DNA of 64,000 bases, taken from positions 9,028-73,027 of the IMG/VR virus record IMGVR_UViG_3300021961_000068; one strand, written 5' to 3'. The stretch comes from a virus. The stretch's first letter is position 1, and each line of letters opens with the position of its first letter. Of the stretch, positions 1-9,515 are shown in pieces. Made by a program: the position numbers and the translations under genes. The notes below the pieces were generated by a model. That model ran no database searches. It was given only the letters and a program-made list of their open reading frames with translations, and had not been told where the DNA came from.

Positions 1-832
1 CTGATGTGCCAGAAAGAATGCATGGTTCTATGAGTTCTGGTGGAAATGTTGCAAAATGTGCTTCTTTGAATGGTTTTACATTTATTGTCCAAACAGATCT
101 TCTATTGCGCTTACCATCTTGTCGTGTGAGGTTTGATGTGACTCCTTTGCCGTGAACCACTCTTTGTGTTCCGTTGCGTGTACCGTCTCCAACGATTACA
201 TTTCCTGCTGTTGCCCCCGCTTCTTTGCGTTCTTGCCATGTTGCGCCGGGTTTTGTTTTTGCATCTTCTTGTATTGCTCGTGAATCAAAAAAATATTTTG
301 GCGATTTGGTTAGAAGAAATATGTACTCATGGCTTTTGGTGCATCTGTCTAGAACAGATTCAGGCATCGGGTTGGGTTTAGCCCAAATAATGTCTTGTCT
401 TAAATACCATCCGTCTGCTTGTAGGGCGAAAGCAAGACGCCATGGGATACCGACTACATCTTTGTGTTTGATTGAAGTGTTGACAAATGACGACGCCATA
501 CGGTTGGATGCTTTACCTTTTTCTACAAGCGTTCCGTCACTTTCGCCTCGTGCGGTGTCAGGTGTGACTTTCCCATCTCTGAACGACGCATAACTATCAC
601 CAATGTTCAGCCACAAGGTGCCATCGTCTCGCAACACCCGATAAATTTCTCGGAATACTTTTACTAGTTCTTCAATATATTCGGTTGGTGTCGGCTCTAA
701 ACCTAGTTGCCCTTCGTTGCCGTAGTCTCGTAACCCCCAATAGGGCGGGCTCGTAACACAGCAATGAACCGATTTATCTGCTATCTGTTTGAGTGTGTCC
801 CGCACATCGCCAACAAGTAAATGGTTTTTCAT
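1..832 (-). CDS. DNA methyltransferase, N4-C/N6-A family (runs off window start)
   Basis: Not in ORF track; read on minus strand from ATG at 832 (ATGA overlap with upstream ORF): MKNHLLVGDVRDTLKQIADKSVHCCVTSPPYWGLRDYG...LWLNIGDSYA...GWYLRQDIIWAKPNPMPES...HFATFPPELIEPCIL; paralog of 7200-8576. Confidence 0.9.
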   Translation of the reverse strand, partial: MKNHLLVGDVRDTLKQIADKSVHCCVTSPPYWGLRDYGNEGQLGLEPTPTEYIEELVKVFREIYRVLRDDGTLWLNIGDSYASFRDGKVTPDTARGESDGTLVEKGKASNRMASSFVNTSIKHKDVVGIPWRLAFALQADGWYLRQDIIWAKPNPMPESVLDRCTKSHEYIFLLTKSPKYFFDSRAIQEDAKTKPGATWQERKEAGATAGNVIVGDGTRNGTQRVVHGKGVTSNLTRQDGKRNRRSVWTINVKPFKEAHFATFPPELIEPCILSGTS

Positions 833-1245
833 TTTTGTTTAGACCACCGAATAATGCCATTAATTTGCGCGTTTTTCATTCTTGTTTTATATTCTCGTTC
901 TCTTTGTTTTCTGGCTAAATACATTAAAGCGTGTTCTCCAGACAAAGTAATTTTGTACATGTTTTTCATGTTGTGATGTGTTGGGTTGGGATTATCGGAT
1001 TTTTCTAAATAGCCGACATCTGATAAAAAATTTACTGCTTCACGCACTCTTTCGGGCAATACTTCTTTGAGCATAAATTCTCGGTAATCAGTAGTCGTAA
1101 AAGAACGATTGTTTCTGAAACGGGCGTAAGACAATACTTTGTAAGCAATTGAATTGTATTTAACGTATTTGCCGGGGTTTGTTAGTGGGGTGTTTGATTT
1201 TTTTATAATTTTCGTAATCGCAATGTCTTTTTTCATTGCCGTCAA
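829..1245 (-). CDS. hypothetical protein, possible winged-helix DNA-binding protein
   Basis: 138-aa ORF coupled to the MTase; YKITLSGEHAL resembles a wHTH wing. Confidence 0.55.
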   Translation of the reverse strand: MTAMKKDIAITKIIKKSNTPLTNPGKYVKYNSIAYKVLSYARFRNNRSFTTTDYREFMLKEVLPERVREAVNFLSDVGYLEKSDNPNPTHHNMKNMYKITLSGEHALMYLARKQREREYKTRMKNAQINGIIRWSKQK

Positions 1246-1257
1246 TTTACAGGTAAT

Positions 1258-2025
1258 TTAATAGTTTGCGTGTGCGTCAACGAAATTTAATACTCGTTCC
1301 GCAGTTGTTTCTCCGTCCGTGCCAGGATCTGTTTTTAGCCAGCGAATAAAGTCGTACCATTTTCGTTGTTGGTCAGGGCTGTCAAATACGAGCGTGTATT
1401 GAACTATGGTTTTGGAACCGTTTGCCACCACAGATGGTGCGCCTTGAGTTACTGCTTGTTGTATGTCTGTGCCTTTGGGCGCGGTGAGCATTGTTTCACC
1501 GTTCTCCATTTGAGTGCTTATTGCAGTTGGGTTATTTGATGATTCCGTCGTTGCTATTTGTTGAATGACTGGTGCTTCGTAGGGTACGTCATCCTCTTGG
1601 TAGTATTCGCCTTCCATGGCGGCTAAATCAAATTGATCCCAGCCAAGCGCATCTATCAGTGTGTCGTATTGTTCTCCGACTTCTCCTAGTAATTCAAAAA
1701 GCATATTGCTGTCTGTGGTACCGAGTTCATTTGTTCGGTTGTCGGCTAAGGCGTAAGCAATAGCGCTTTCTGTGTCGCCTTCAAATTTGACGCAAGCAAT
1801 TTTATCCCAACCAAGTTTTTTAGCGGCTTCGTATTGATGGTTGCCTGCAATGATTGTTGAAGTTCCATCTTTATTGTCTTTAATCACGATCGGCTTTACT
1901 TGACCGAATTCTTTGTATGAGGCAACAATTGCGTCTATGTTGCCTTTTCTTGGGTTGTTCTCTAGGTGAACAAGTTCGGAGAGGGGAACAGCCAAGTGCT
2001 CAATGTTTTTGTGAATATTAGACAT
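1258..2025 (-). CDS. ParB/Srx-like N-terminal domain protein
   Basis: NNPRKGNIDAIVASYKEFGQVKPIVI...IIAGNHQYEAAKKLGW...ALADNRT is typical of the ParB-like domain found next to phage MTases. Confidence 0.85.
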   Translation of the reverse strand: MSNIHKNIEHLAVPLSELVHLENNPRKGNIDAIVASYKEFGQVKPIVIKDNKDGTSTIIAGNHQYEAAKKLGWDKIACVKFEGDTESAIAYALADNRTNELGTTDSNMLFELLGEVGEQYDTLIDALGWDQFDLAAMEGEYYQEDDVPYEAPVIQQIATTESSNNPTAISTQMENGETMLTAPKGTDIQQAVTQGAPSVVANGSKTIVQYTLVFDSPDQQRKWYDFIRWLKTDPGTDGETTAERVLNFVDAHANY

Positions 2026-2370
2026 CTATAATCCTGTTTGTACACGAACATTGGCGTTCAAGGTTCTGAGTGCGTCCAATGATGTTCGCACGGTCAATAG
2101 TTTTTCTCTCTTAGATTTAACCAACGCCTCACTAATCTTATATGAGTACGCTTCGTCAGAAAGTTTGTAGTCAGCCCACGCTTCTCGTTCCTTGATGCTT
2201 CCTTTGGCGGCTAGGTATTCTTTAGCCCAGTTGCCTTTCATAAGTGCATCTTTTTTCGCCGCATCTACTGCGAGAACTTCAAATGCCTCGGTTTCTTCTT
2301 CAAGAATACTCAACAAGCGCATAATCTCCGACTCAATTTCCACCTGCGATATGGGTTGCGACCTAGCCAT
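2026..2370 (-). CDS. hypothetical coiled-coil protein
   Basis: 114-aa ORF tightly packed in operon. Confidence 0.7.
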   Translation of the reverse strand: MARSQPISQVEIESEIMRLLSILEEETEAFEVLAVDAAKKDALMKGNWAKEYLAAKGSIKEREAWADYKLSDEAYSYKISEALVKSKREKLLTVRTSLDALRTLNANVRVQTGL

Positions 2371-2893
2371 TTTTGTCCTTTTCTATTTCCTTGAAATCAC
2401 ATTTATCTAATCCGAGCATTTGTTCTTTTCGCCATTCGTATTCAGAAAAACCTAAATATGTAAGCGTCATTTGTTCTAGTATCCACGCATCGCATTTGTC
2501 GCTTCCATCAGCACCTGTAAACATTATCCCTGTTTTCTGTGCTACGGCGCTCATAACTTCTATTTTCCCTGAATTACCTTTTCCTGTAGCAAATTTAGCC
2601 CTACATGTCGGTGGAATTATGACGATGGGAAGACCCAATTCCTTCATGGCGACTTTTACGACTCCACCTAGTTCCCCAATGGAGTGGGCTTGAGAATACT
2701 GAGAAGCATACGAATAGCCTTCAATTGCGACTATTTCTATTTTTTCGTTTTTTGCGATTTTTACGATTTCGTCACGAATCTCTATGAGGCGTTTTGCACC
2801 CCTATTTTTTGACTTTATGCTCTGAGTTAACCCACCGACGCTTACCCCTGTGCTCGTCAATGAGAGATCTAGACCCATCACATTTTTTTTCAC
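2363..2893 (-). CDS. RuvC-like Holliday junction resolvase
   Basis: MGLDLSLTSTG, VAIEGY, ELGGVVK, KFATGKGN, DKCDA motifs of the RuvC/RNase H fold. Confidence 0.85.
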   Translation of the reverse strand: MKKNVMGLDLSLTSTGVSVGGLTQSIKSKNRGAKRLIEIRDEIVKIAKNEKIEIVAIEGYSYASQYSQAHSIGELGGVVKVAMKELGLPIVIIPPTCRAKFATGKGNSGKIEVMSAVAQKTGIMFTGADGSDKCDAWILEQMTLTYLGFSEYEWRKEQMLGLDKCDFKEIEKDKNG

Positions 2894-2919
2894 AGTCGCA
2901 ACATTACTACAATAAATGT

Positions 2920-3354
2920 GTGATAAATAAAAAGTCTGCTCCGCAAAAAAATATTGTTTCTATTGACAAACAAGGGGCTTGGGGTGATGTTTCTTATTAT
3001 CATAAACTTGAGTGCGGGCATATAGAAGTTCGCAAACGAGCGTCAACAGCCCCAAAAATTGCGTGCACTTGGTGTGTTATTGGTGAAGAAAAGGGCAGAG
3101 AATTAAAAGCATTAACTATCGTTCAGCCACCAACTCTTGAAGAAGTGTGGGACTTTTACGATGACTCAATCAACGAGGAAGTCAATGTTGCTCAATTGCG
3201 TGCAGGAATTGCTAGCGCAATAGGTTGTCCACAGGACAGTGTTGAAGTGATATCCGAAGTCGGAGATGACAACATTCTTCGTGTCAATTATGTAACAATT
3301 TTTTTAGACATTGAACTCGCAAAGAAAATTGGCAAATATCAAAAAAATATTTGA
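2920..3354 (+). CDS. hypothetical protein with Cys motifs (LECGH, CTWC)
   Basis: ORF 2794-3354; GTG at 2920 chosen to avoid overlap with the divergent resolvase; possible zinc ribbon. Confidence 0.65.
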   Translation: MINKKSAPQKNIVSIDKQGAWGDVSYYHKLECGHIEVRKRASTAPKIACTWCVIGEEKGRELKALTIVQPPTLEEVWDFYDDSINEEVNVAQLRAGIASAIGCPQDSVEVISEVGDDNILRVNYVTIFLDIELAKKIGKYQKNI

Positions 3355-3421
3355 TGTTTCTCGCAAGGTTTGGTAGGGTAAGGCGAATCATCAATCACTT
3401 ATAGGTTTATTCGGGGGAAAT

Positions 3422-3778
3422 TTGAAAAGTCAAGTTATAGACGACTTTTTTGATACGGAAAAAGCCGCATGCAGAGGTAAAGACATCACATTGTTTTATC
3501 CAGTCATCTCACCGCGCCAAAGAAGAATTGAGCCAACTCAATCAGCAAAGTTTATTTGCGGTCAATGCTCTGTTGCGGAAGGCTGTTTAGAGTATTCTCT
3601 CCATTTTGAACCGCTTGGTGTATGGGGTGGTAGAAATGAGGTTGAGAGAGAAATTTTGAGGCGCCAAAAAAACATAAGTTTGCCTTTTGACCGTCAAGCA
3701 TCTCATTCGGTACGACGGTCAGTGAACGCTGGGAGGGTTGGCAGGATGGTTAACCGATTAAACTCTTTAGATGAGTAA
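3422..3778 (+). CDS. whiB: WhiB-family transcription factor
   Basis: AAC...AKFICGQCSVAEGCLEYSL...GVWGG: four Cys plus G[IV]WGG motif. Confidence 0.92.
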   Translation: MKSQVIDDFFDTEKAACRGKDITLFYPVISPRQRRIEPTQSAKFICGQCSVAEGCLEYSLHFEPLGVWGGRNEVEREILRRQKNISLPFDRQASHSVRRSVNAGRVGRMVNRLNSLDE

Positions 3779-5525
3779 TGTTTCCGTCCCTATTCATGTT
3801 GATAAGTTCCTAGCCAAATTAAACGGGGTTCGCTCAACAAGTAACGGATGGGAGGCACGCTGTCCCTGTCGTAACGACGACGAAAATCCATCGCTATCCG
3901 TAGGTGTAGGTAACGAGGAAAAGATTTTGGTTACTTGCCATCGTGGTCAGGGTTGTTCCGTTGACCAAGTTTGTCAGGCGATGGGTCTCAAAGTGGTGGA
4001 TTTGTACCCACCCAAAAAGGAAGAAAGAAAACTTTCTTTAGTCGCAACATACGATTACCGTGACGAAAAAGGTCAACTTTTGTTTCAAAAGCAAAGGTTT
4101 GTAGACCAGTGGGGCAAAAAAACTTTTAGGCAACGAAGACCCGATCCCGCCAATAAAGGTAAATATATTTTTTCGTTGGATGACACACCCAAAATTCTTT
4201 ACCGTTTACCTGATGTGCTTCACGCTAAAAGTCTTGGTGAAGTTATTTGGCTTGTTGAGGGAGAAAAAGATGCCGACAATTTAGTCAAACTTGGCTTATG
4301 CGCAACCACCCCACCAAACGGTGCGGGTAAATGGCTTGATATACATACACGAGCATTAGAGGGCGCTCAGGTTTGGATCATTGCAGATAATGATGTTGTT
4401 GGTAGAGATCACGCAAAAATGGTCACCAAAACCCTTCAACAAAACGGTTGCACAGTTGTTAGTTGGGTTCCCCCAAATAACTATAAAGATGTTTCTGAAC
4501 TTCTTGGCGCAGGTGGAAGCGTTGATGACTTAATTGAGATGGAAAACGCCGAACCGCTTGATGACATCGTTCAACATGAAGAAGAAGAACAGCAAACAGA
4601 AGCAATCATTGAAGCAACAACTCCCCTGATAGCGCTTGCTGAGCGCATTAATTCTCTTTTAATACGAGAAGACATTTCTGAGACAGTACGACTTACAAAA
4701 GCATCAATGATGATTGGTTCTTTTGGGCATGAAGACGAAATTGATAGAGGCAGGCTCGTTAATTGGTCTGATTTTTTGTTGGAGGCAGAAAATGATAGTT
4801 ATGACTGGATTATCCCTAATGTTCTTGAAAGAGGTGAGCGAGTAATCGTCGTTGCTGCAGAGGGTGTCGGAAAGACGATGCTCGCTAGACAGATAGCAAT
4901 ATGTAGTTCTTTTGGTATTAATCCATTCAATTTTTCAAGGATGAAACCAATCAGAACATTGACAATTGATCTTGAAAATCCTGAGCGAATTATTAGAAGA
5001 ACTTCAGCAAATATTATGGGTGCCGCTCGGCGACTTGGATACTTAGAAGGGCAACCAGAATGCCATATTTTGATAAAGCCTTCGGGTGTGGATTTGATGC
5101 GACCATCAGATCGTTTAATCATTGAAGAAGCAGTTGAGACTATTAAACCTGATTTAATTCTGCTCGGTCCGATTTACAAGTCTTTCGTTGACCCAGGTGG
5201 GAGAACATCTGAATCAATTACTGTTGAAGTAGCAAAATATTTTGACATGTTGCGTGACTACTACAACTGTGCCTTATGGCTTGAGCACCATGCGCCGTTG
5301 GGGACATCTTCATCCACAAGAGATCTGAGACCATTTGGTTCTGCTGTTTGGTCACGCTGGCCGGAGTTCGGTCTTTCCCTTACCCCCGATCCAACCGCTG
5401 TTGGCGATTATGTTTACGATGTACGCCATTTCCGTGGGGCGCGAGACCTAAGAGCATTTCCGACTAAAATGAGAAGAGGGAAAGTTTTCCCGTTTGAAGT
5501 TATTGAATTCATGGAAGCATCTTAA
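3771..5525 (+). CDS. DNA primase-helicase (Zn finger + TOPRIM + RecA-like AAA)
   Basis: ARCPC...SLSV...CHRGQGC; LVEGEKD and IADND (TOPRIM); Walker A AAEGVGKT; IDLEN; FGSAVWSRW. Confidence 0.9.
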   Translation: MSNVSVPIHVDKFLAKLNGVRSTSNGWEARCPCRNDDENPSLSVGVGNEEKILVTCHRGQGCSVDQVCQAMGLKVVDLYPPKKEERKLSLVATYDYRDEKGQLLFQKQRFVDQWGKKTFRQRRPDPANKGKYIFSLDDTPKILYRLPDVLHAKSLGEVIWLVEGEKDADNLVKLGLCATTPPNGAGKWLDIHTRALEGAQVWIIADNDVVGRDHAKMVTKTLQQNGCTVVSWVPPNNYKDVSELLGAGGSVDDLIEMENAEPLDDIVQHEEEEQQTEAIIEATTPLIALAERINSLLIREDISETVRLTKASMMIGSFGHEDEIDRGRLVNWSDFLLEAENDSYDWIIPNVLERGERVIVVAAEGVGKTMLARQIAICSSFGINPFNFSRMKPIRTLTIDLENPERIIRRTSANIMGAARRLGYLEGQPECHILIKPSGVDLMRPSDRLIIEEAVETIKPDLILLGPIYKSFVDPGGRTSESITVEVAKYFDMLRDYYNCALWLEHHAPLGTSSSTRDLRPFGSAVWSRWPEFGLSLTPDPTAVGDYVYDVRHFRGARDLRAFPTKMRRGKVFPFEVIEFMEAS

Positions 5526-5526
5526 A

Positions 5527-6147
5527 ATGGCTGAAAAAGGATTAACAAGAGAATTTCTTGCTGAACGTGATTTGCGTATTTTTAAAATGAGACAAGCAGG
5601 GGTGCCTACAGCCGAGATTGCTAGAAGGTTTGGGATTGGCACGTCTAATGTTTCAAATTCTATTAAGAGACAATTAAATAAATTAAGCCAAGAAGCATTG
5701 CTTGTTTATCCAGAAGTGCTTCAGATGGAACTTGAACGATTGGATGCTTTGCAGTCTGCGATCTGGCCGTTAACGCAACACAGAAAACAGAAAATGGATG
5801 ATGGTACAGAAGTTTCAATTGAACCTGACATCAAAGCGGTATCAACTGTTCTTTCAATAATTGACCGACGGGCAAAACTGCTTGGCATGGAACAAACGAA
5901 TGTGAATGTTCAGATGGATGTTAGAGACGCTTCGCCAATGCGGGCGGTATTGGCTGGCGCACCAGGTGTTGTTCAGGCTGAGAAGTTTGATTCAGAGGCT
6001 GAGGCTAAAAAACTTTTGATACTGATGAGCGACGCTGGCATCATGCCTAGGGAAACAATTAAAGAACTTCTTGGTGATTTACCAGCCCTGAATGATGGCG
6101 AAGAAGATATTGAAGATGCAGATATTGTTGAAAAGACAGACGAATAA
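5527..6147 (+). CDS. HTH protein, possible terminase small subunit
   Basis: N-terminal HTH (MRQAGVPTAEIARRFGI), ELERLDAL...IIDRRAKLLG pattern seen in TerS-like actinophage proteins. Confidence 0.55.
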   Translation: MAEKGLTREFLAERDLRIFKMRQAGVPTAEIARRFGIGTSNVSNSIKRQLNKLSQEALLVYPEVLQMELERLDALQSAIWPLTQHRKQKMDDGTEVSIEPDIKAVSTVLSIIDRRAKLLGMEQTNVNVQMDVRDASPMRAVLAGAPGVVQAEKFDSEAEAKKLLILMSDAGIMPRETIKELLGDLPALNDGEEDIEDADIVEKTDE

Positions 6148-6153
6148 AAACTT

Positions 6154-6786
6154 TTATACGTCATCTCTATAAAAAACTTCAAACCCGCAATGCATTATTG
6201 CAGAAGCAAGTGTTCCGAAATATATTTCTCTATCCATGGAAGTATCTACTGGTTCTGTTTTAAGTTTCAATGATGCCTTGAGGGCGGCGGGGTATTCAAT
6301 GTCTCGCATTGCTTTTCCACCGTTAAACCAAAGAACATCACCAAAGTCAACTTTTCTGCCTAGTTTTACTTGATATGGCATGGCGACAAATGTGTGGTCG
6401 TCGTCTTTCAGGTGGGTAAAAGATATGCATTCTTTAACTGGTGAATTGTTTAAAGCAAAAAGTTGTGCAAGGTTTTCTCCCTGTGTTTCGGCGGGAGAAA
6501 TTGAACAATACCCTTCTGCAGCGAGGGTGTATTCCGTAATACCCCATCCTCGTCTCATGATTATTGACGCTTCTATTAAGGACTCAATTCTCTTATTTTT
6601 TGGAGTAGCAAAAGTATTTTTCAACTGAATTATTGTTGCTAATTCATTATTTCTCCACCCAAATATGTTTATATTTAAATCTGAGCCTATTCCATCTTCG
6701 TCTATTAAAGATGTTTTTGCGGTCTTAATTGACTCAACGCATAGCGCGATTTTGTCAAAGTCTGTCTCGTAAAAACCTGTGTACAC
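6154..6786 (-). CDS. hypothetical protein
   Basis: 210-aa ORF filling the space between neighbours. Confidence 0.7.
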   Translation of the reverse strand: MYTGFYETDFDKIALCVESIKTAKTSLIDEDGIGSDLNINIFGWRNNELATIIQLKNTFATPKNKRIESLIEASIIMRRGWGITEYTLAAEGYCSISPAETQGENLAQLFALNNSPVKECISFTHLKDDDHTFVAMPYQVKLGRKVDFGDVLWFNGGKAMRDIEYPAALKASLKLKTEPVDTSMDREIYFGTLASAIMHCGFEVFYRDDV

Positions 6787-6826
6787 AAAACAAACCCTAC
6801 TTCATTAAGGCTTTATAAAAATAATA

Positions 6827-6860
6827 GGTTGCATTTTGTCGGAAAACTTTGTACTAGGGT
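6827..6860 (+). promoter_or_regulatory. putative promoter GGTTGCATTT-N18-TAGGGT
   Basis: Same motif and spacing at 17547-17580 (-) and 48403-48436 (+). Confidence 0.5.
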
Positions 6861-6867
6861 TTTGAAT

Positions 6868-7161
6868 ATGACATCAAAACAACCTAAAAAATCCAACAAA
6901 AAGAAGGCTCCTGCGAAGAAGGCTCCCGCAAAGAAGGCGTCTGCTAGCAAAAAGGCTTCCGCATCTAAAAGCACAATCGGTGTTCAAACAAAAGACGCAG
7001 ATCTTCTGCTGTCAAAAGTGGGCGAACAAAAAACACAGTTTGTGGGCGCAGAAAAAATGATGAAAGCGATTGCTGAAACATCAACTATCGTTAGGGCAAA
7101 TGACGTAAAGTCAAAATCTATTCGTCAAAAAATGCTTGCGTGGTTTAAAATTTCCAAGTAG
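6868..7161 (+). CDS. Lys-rich histone H1-like protein
   Basis: KKAPAKKAPAKKASASKKASASK repeats. Confidence 0.65.
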   Translation: MTSKQPKKSNKKKAPAKKAPAKKASASKKASASKSTIGVQTKDADLLLSKVGEQKTQFVGAEKMMKAIAETSTIVRANDVKSKSIRQKMLAWFKISK

Positions 7162-7199
7162 TATTTGTCTCCTACATGGGAGACAACGGGGGAGACGCA

Positions 7200-8576
7200 A
7201 TGACAGAAACAATTAGTGGGCTGCCTCTAAATCTTGATCCCAAAATTCTTCTTGGTGATGTCCGAGAAACTTTGGCTTCGTTGCCAGACAAAAGTATTCA
7301 TTGCGTAGTCACATCGCCACCGTATTGGGGTTTGCGGGATTATGGCACGGCAACTTGGGTGGGTGGAGATCCCGATTGCTCACATAAAAGAGACAGTAAA
7401 TTTAGCGAAAGTTGCTCAACCGGACAAAAACTTTTAGAGGGTGCGATTGGCGACGGAATCTACAAGGTTCAATGTCCTCGTTGTGGCGCAATGAGGGAAG
7501 ATAGCCAACTTGGTTTAGAGCCAACAGTGGATGAATATGTAGAACATATGGTTCAAGTTTTTCGTGAAGTTCGTAGAGTTCTACGAGACGATGGGACTTT
7601 GTGGCTAAATCTTGGTGATTCTTATGCAGGTAGCAACGGTAACGGTTGGAAGCAAGCGATTGCTACAACGAATGCTTCAAACGGTGGCGGGGAAAACGAG
7701 ATTTTCAGAGCAAAAAACGGTAGAGATGACGGCGATTTAAAACCAAAAGATTTGGTTGGTGTGCCATGGCGTGTGGCTTTTGCGTTGCAAGCAGACGGGT
7801 GGTATCTGCGTCAGGATATTATTTGGGCTAAACCGAACCCGATGCCTGAATCGGTGCGAGACAGATGCACCAAGGCGCATGAGTACATGTTTTTGCTCAC
7901 TAAAAAATCTCATTATTTTTTTGACAGCGAAGCAATTAAAGAGCCAGCCAAATATGCTTATGATGACAGGGGGTCTCGTGCTGATAGTAGAAAAGGAGCA
8001 GGGATATCTAATGCGATGTATGGCTCAACAGGGGCATTCAGGAACAAGAGGTCAGTATGGACAGTAACTACCAAACCGTTCAAAGGGGCGCACTTCGCCA
8101 CATTTCCACAAGACCTGATAGAGCCTTGTATTGCTGCTGGTACGAGCAAAAAGGGTTGCTGTGCTCAATGTGGCTCGCCGGTGGTTCGTCAAGTCAGTCG
8201 CAAACGGATAGCACGCAACGAACTTCCGACAAACGACCCGAGATACCGACCAAACGACTACAACGGCGCATATGGAGAAATAAATGGGAAAGGGGACGCA
8301 GGGTTCTCTCAAACAGACACAATTGGTTGGGCTAAAGAATGTAAATGTGACACCCAAGAGGTTGTCCCTTGTACTGTTTTGGATGTCTTTTTCGGTGCAG
8401 GAACCACTGGTGTCGTAGCCCAAAGACTCGGTAGGGCGTACCTTGGGTGTGAGTTGAACCCCGAATACGCAAAAATAGCGACCGAACGCCTCGCAAGCGA
8501 AAAAGAAAAAAACAGGCTTTTAGCAATAGAAAATGAAAGCCAGCCTTCTTTATTTGAGGTTGCTTCCGACGAGTAG
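7200..8576 (+). CDS. DNA methyltransferase, N4-C/N6-A family, with Cys-rich insertions
   Basis: VTSPPYWGLRDYG catalytic motif and LDVFFGAGTTG SAM-binding motif (beta-class order); GGAG RBS before ATG 7200. Confidence 0.92.
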   Translation: MTETISGLPLNLDPKILLGDVRETLASLPDKSIHCVVTSPPYWGLRDYGTATWVGGDPDCSHKRDSKFSESCSTGQKLLEGAIGDGIYKVQCPRCGAMREDSQLGLEPTVDEYVEHMVQVFREVRRVLRDDGTLWLNLGDSYAGSNGNGWKQAIATTNASNGGGENEIFRAKNGRDDGDLKPKDLVGVPWRVAFALQADGWYLRQDIIWAKPNPMPESVRDRCTKAHEYMFLLTKKSHYFFDSEAIKEPAKYAYDDRGSRADSRKGAGISNAMYGSTGAFRNKRSVWTVTTKPFKGAHFATFPQDLIEPCIAAGTSKKGCCAQCGSPVVRQVSRKRIARNELPTNDPRYRPNDYNGAYGEINGKGDAGFSQTDTIGWAKECKCDTQEVVPCTVLDVFFGAGTTGVVAQRLGRAYLGCELNPEYAKIATERLASEKEKNRLLAIENESQPSLFEVASDE

Positions 8577-8631
8577 TAAATGTTGTATGATTTATCTACA
8601 TAAGAATTCTCTTTGACTTGGAGGTCAAATA

Positions 8632-9063
8632 ATGTCAGCATCAGCCCCACTCCTTCTCCCAATGACAGTCACAGGCGCTTGCGCAACATCTTCAACAGTT
8701 GTCGCTCGCACTCCTGTTGCAGGTCGTGTCCGTGGAATCACAGTCGCAGTTGGTACTGCTCCTGCAGGTTCGGCACTTAACGGAACTGTTCGCAAGGCAA
8801 CAGCCGCAGGAACAGTTATCGGAACTTGGTCAATCGCAGCCGCTGGAACTTCGGCAGTCGCAACAATGTCAACAGTAGACGGCGCTGATGAACTCGCCGC
8901 TGACGACTTGGTTCACCTCGTGGTCGCTGCTGTAGGTTCAGGAACTGCTGGTTCAAACTTGACCGCTCTTCTTCAGATTGATCAGTCAGCAGATCAAGAC
9001 GGCTCAGATGTTGTTGCAGTAGCAACACTTCGTGGCAACCACCCAGGTGGCGTAGTCGCCTGA
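8632..9063 (+). CDS. Ala/Val/Thr-rich protein, possible virion decoration protein
   Basis: GGAGG RBS, downstream terminator, beta-rich composition. Confidence 0.6.
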   Translation: MSASAPLLLPMTVTGACATSSTVVARTPVAGRVRGITVAVGTAPAGSALNGTVRKATAAGTVIGTWSIAAAGTSAVATMSTVDGADELAADDLVHLVVAAVGSGTAGSNLTALLQIDQSADQDGSDVVAVATLRGNHPGGVVA

Positions 9064-9105
9064 TTTTAAGTAAGTAAGTAAAAGAGAATTAAACCCGACA
9101 AACTT

Positions 9106-9143
9106 TTAGTCCCCCACTTCCGTGCAGGTCGGTGGGGGACTAA
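9106..9143. terminator. hairpin between convergent genes
   Basis: 12-bp inverted repeat TTAGTCCCCCAC / GTGGGGGACTAA. Confidence 0.7.
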
Positions 9144-9149
9144 TTGTAT

Positions 9150-9515
9150 TTACGGGCGTAAAAATGTTATAGCGACTCTCTCGCTTGCTCTCACAAGCAA
9201 AAACAATGCTTCAGTTTGTGTGTGTGTTGAACACCATTCCGAGATTTCTGTATCAGTAATAAGTTCCAAATATTCACAAAAGAATCTTGACCTACCACAC
9301 ATAAATGGTGGCACACCGCACTCTTCTGCTTCCATGAAGCCTTCTGCTAAAAGTTTTTCTTTAGCGCCACATGCAAGAAGTATTGCCCCCCATATATCTA
9401 TTTCTTTTGTGTATGGATCGTAGGTTGCGTAGTTGGAGAACCCATGTTCCTTTATGTAGTCAATAGCCTTGTCGTAGATCCCGTCAGCCCCAAGTTGTTT
9501 TAATGTTGGGAACAT
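9150..9515 (-). CDS. hypothetical protein
   Basis: 121-aa ORF coupled (TAATG) to nrdJ. Confidence 0.65.
   Translation of the reverse strand: MFPTLKQLGADGIYDKAIDYIKEHGFSNYATYDPYTKEIDIWGAILLACGAKEKLLAEGFMEAEECGVPPFMCGRSRFFCEYLELITDTEISEWCSTHTQTEALFLLVRASERVAITFLRP

Noticed and set aside
166-593. Plus-strand ORFs at the window start
   Set aside because: Antisense to the methyltransferase read on the minus strand.
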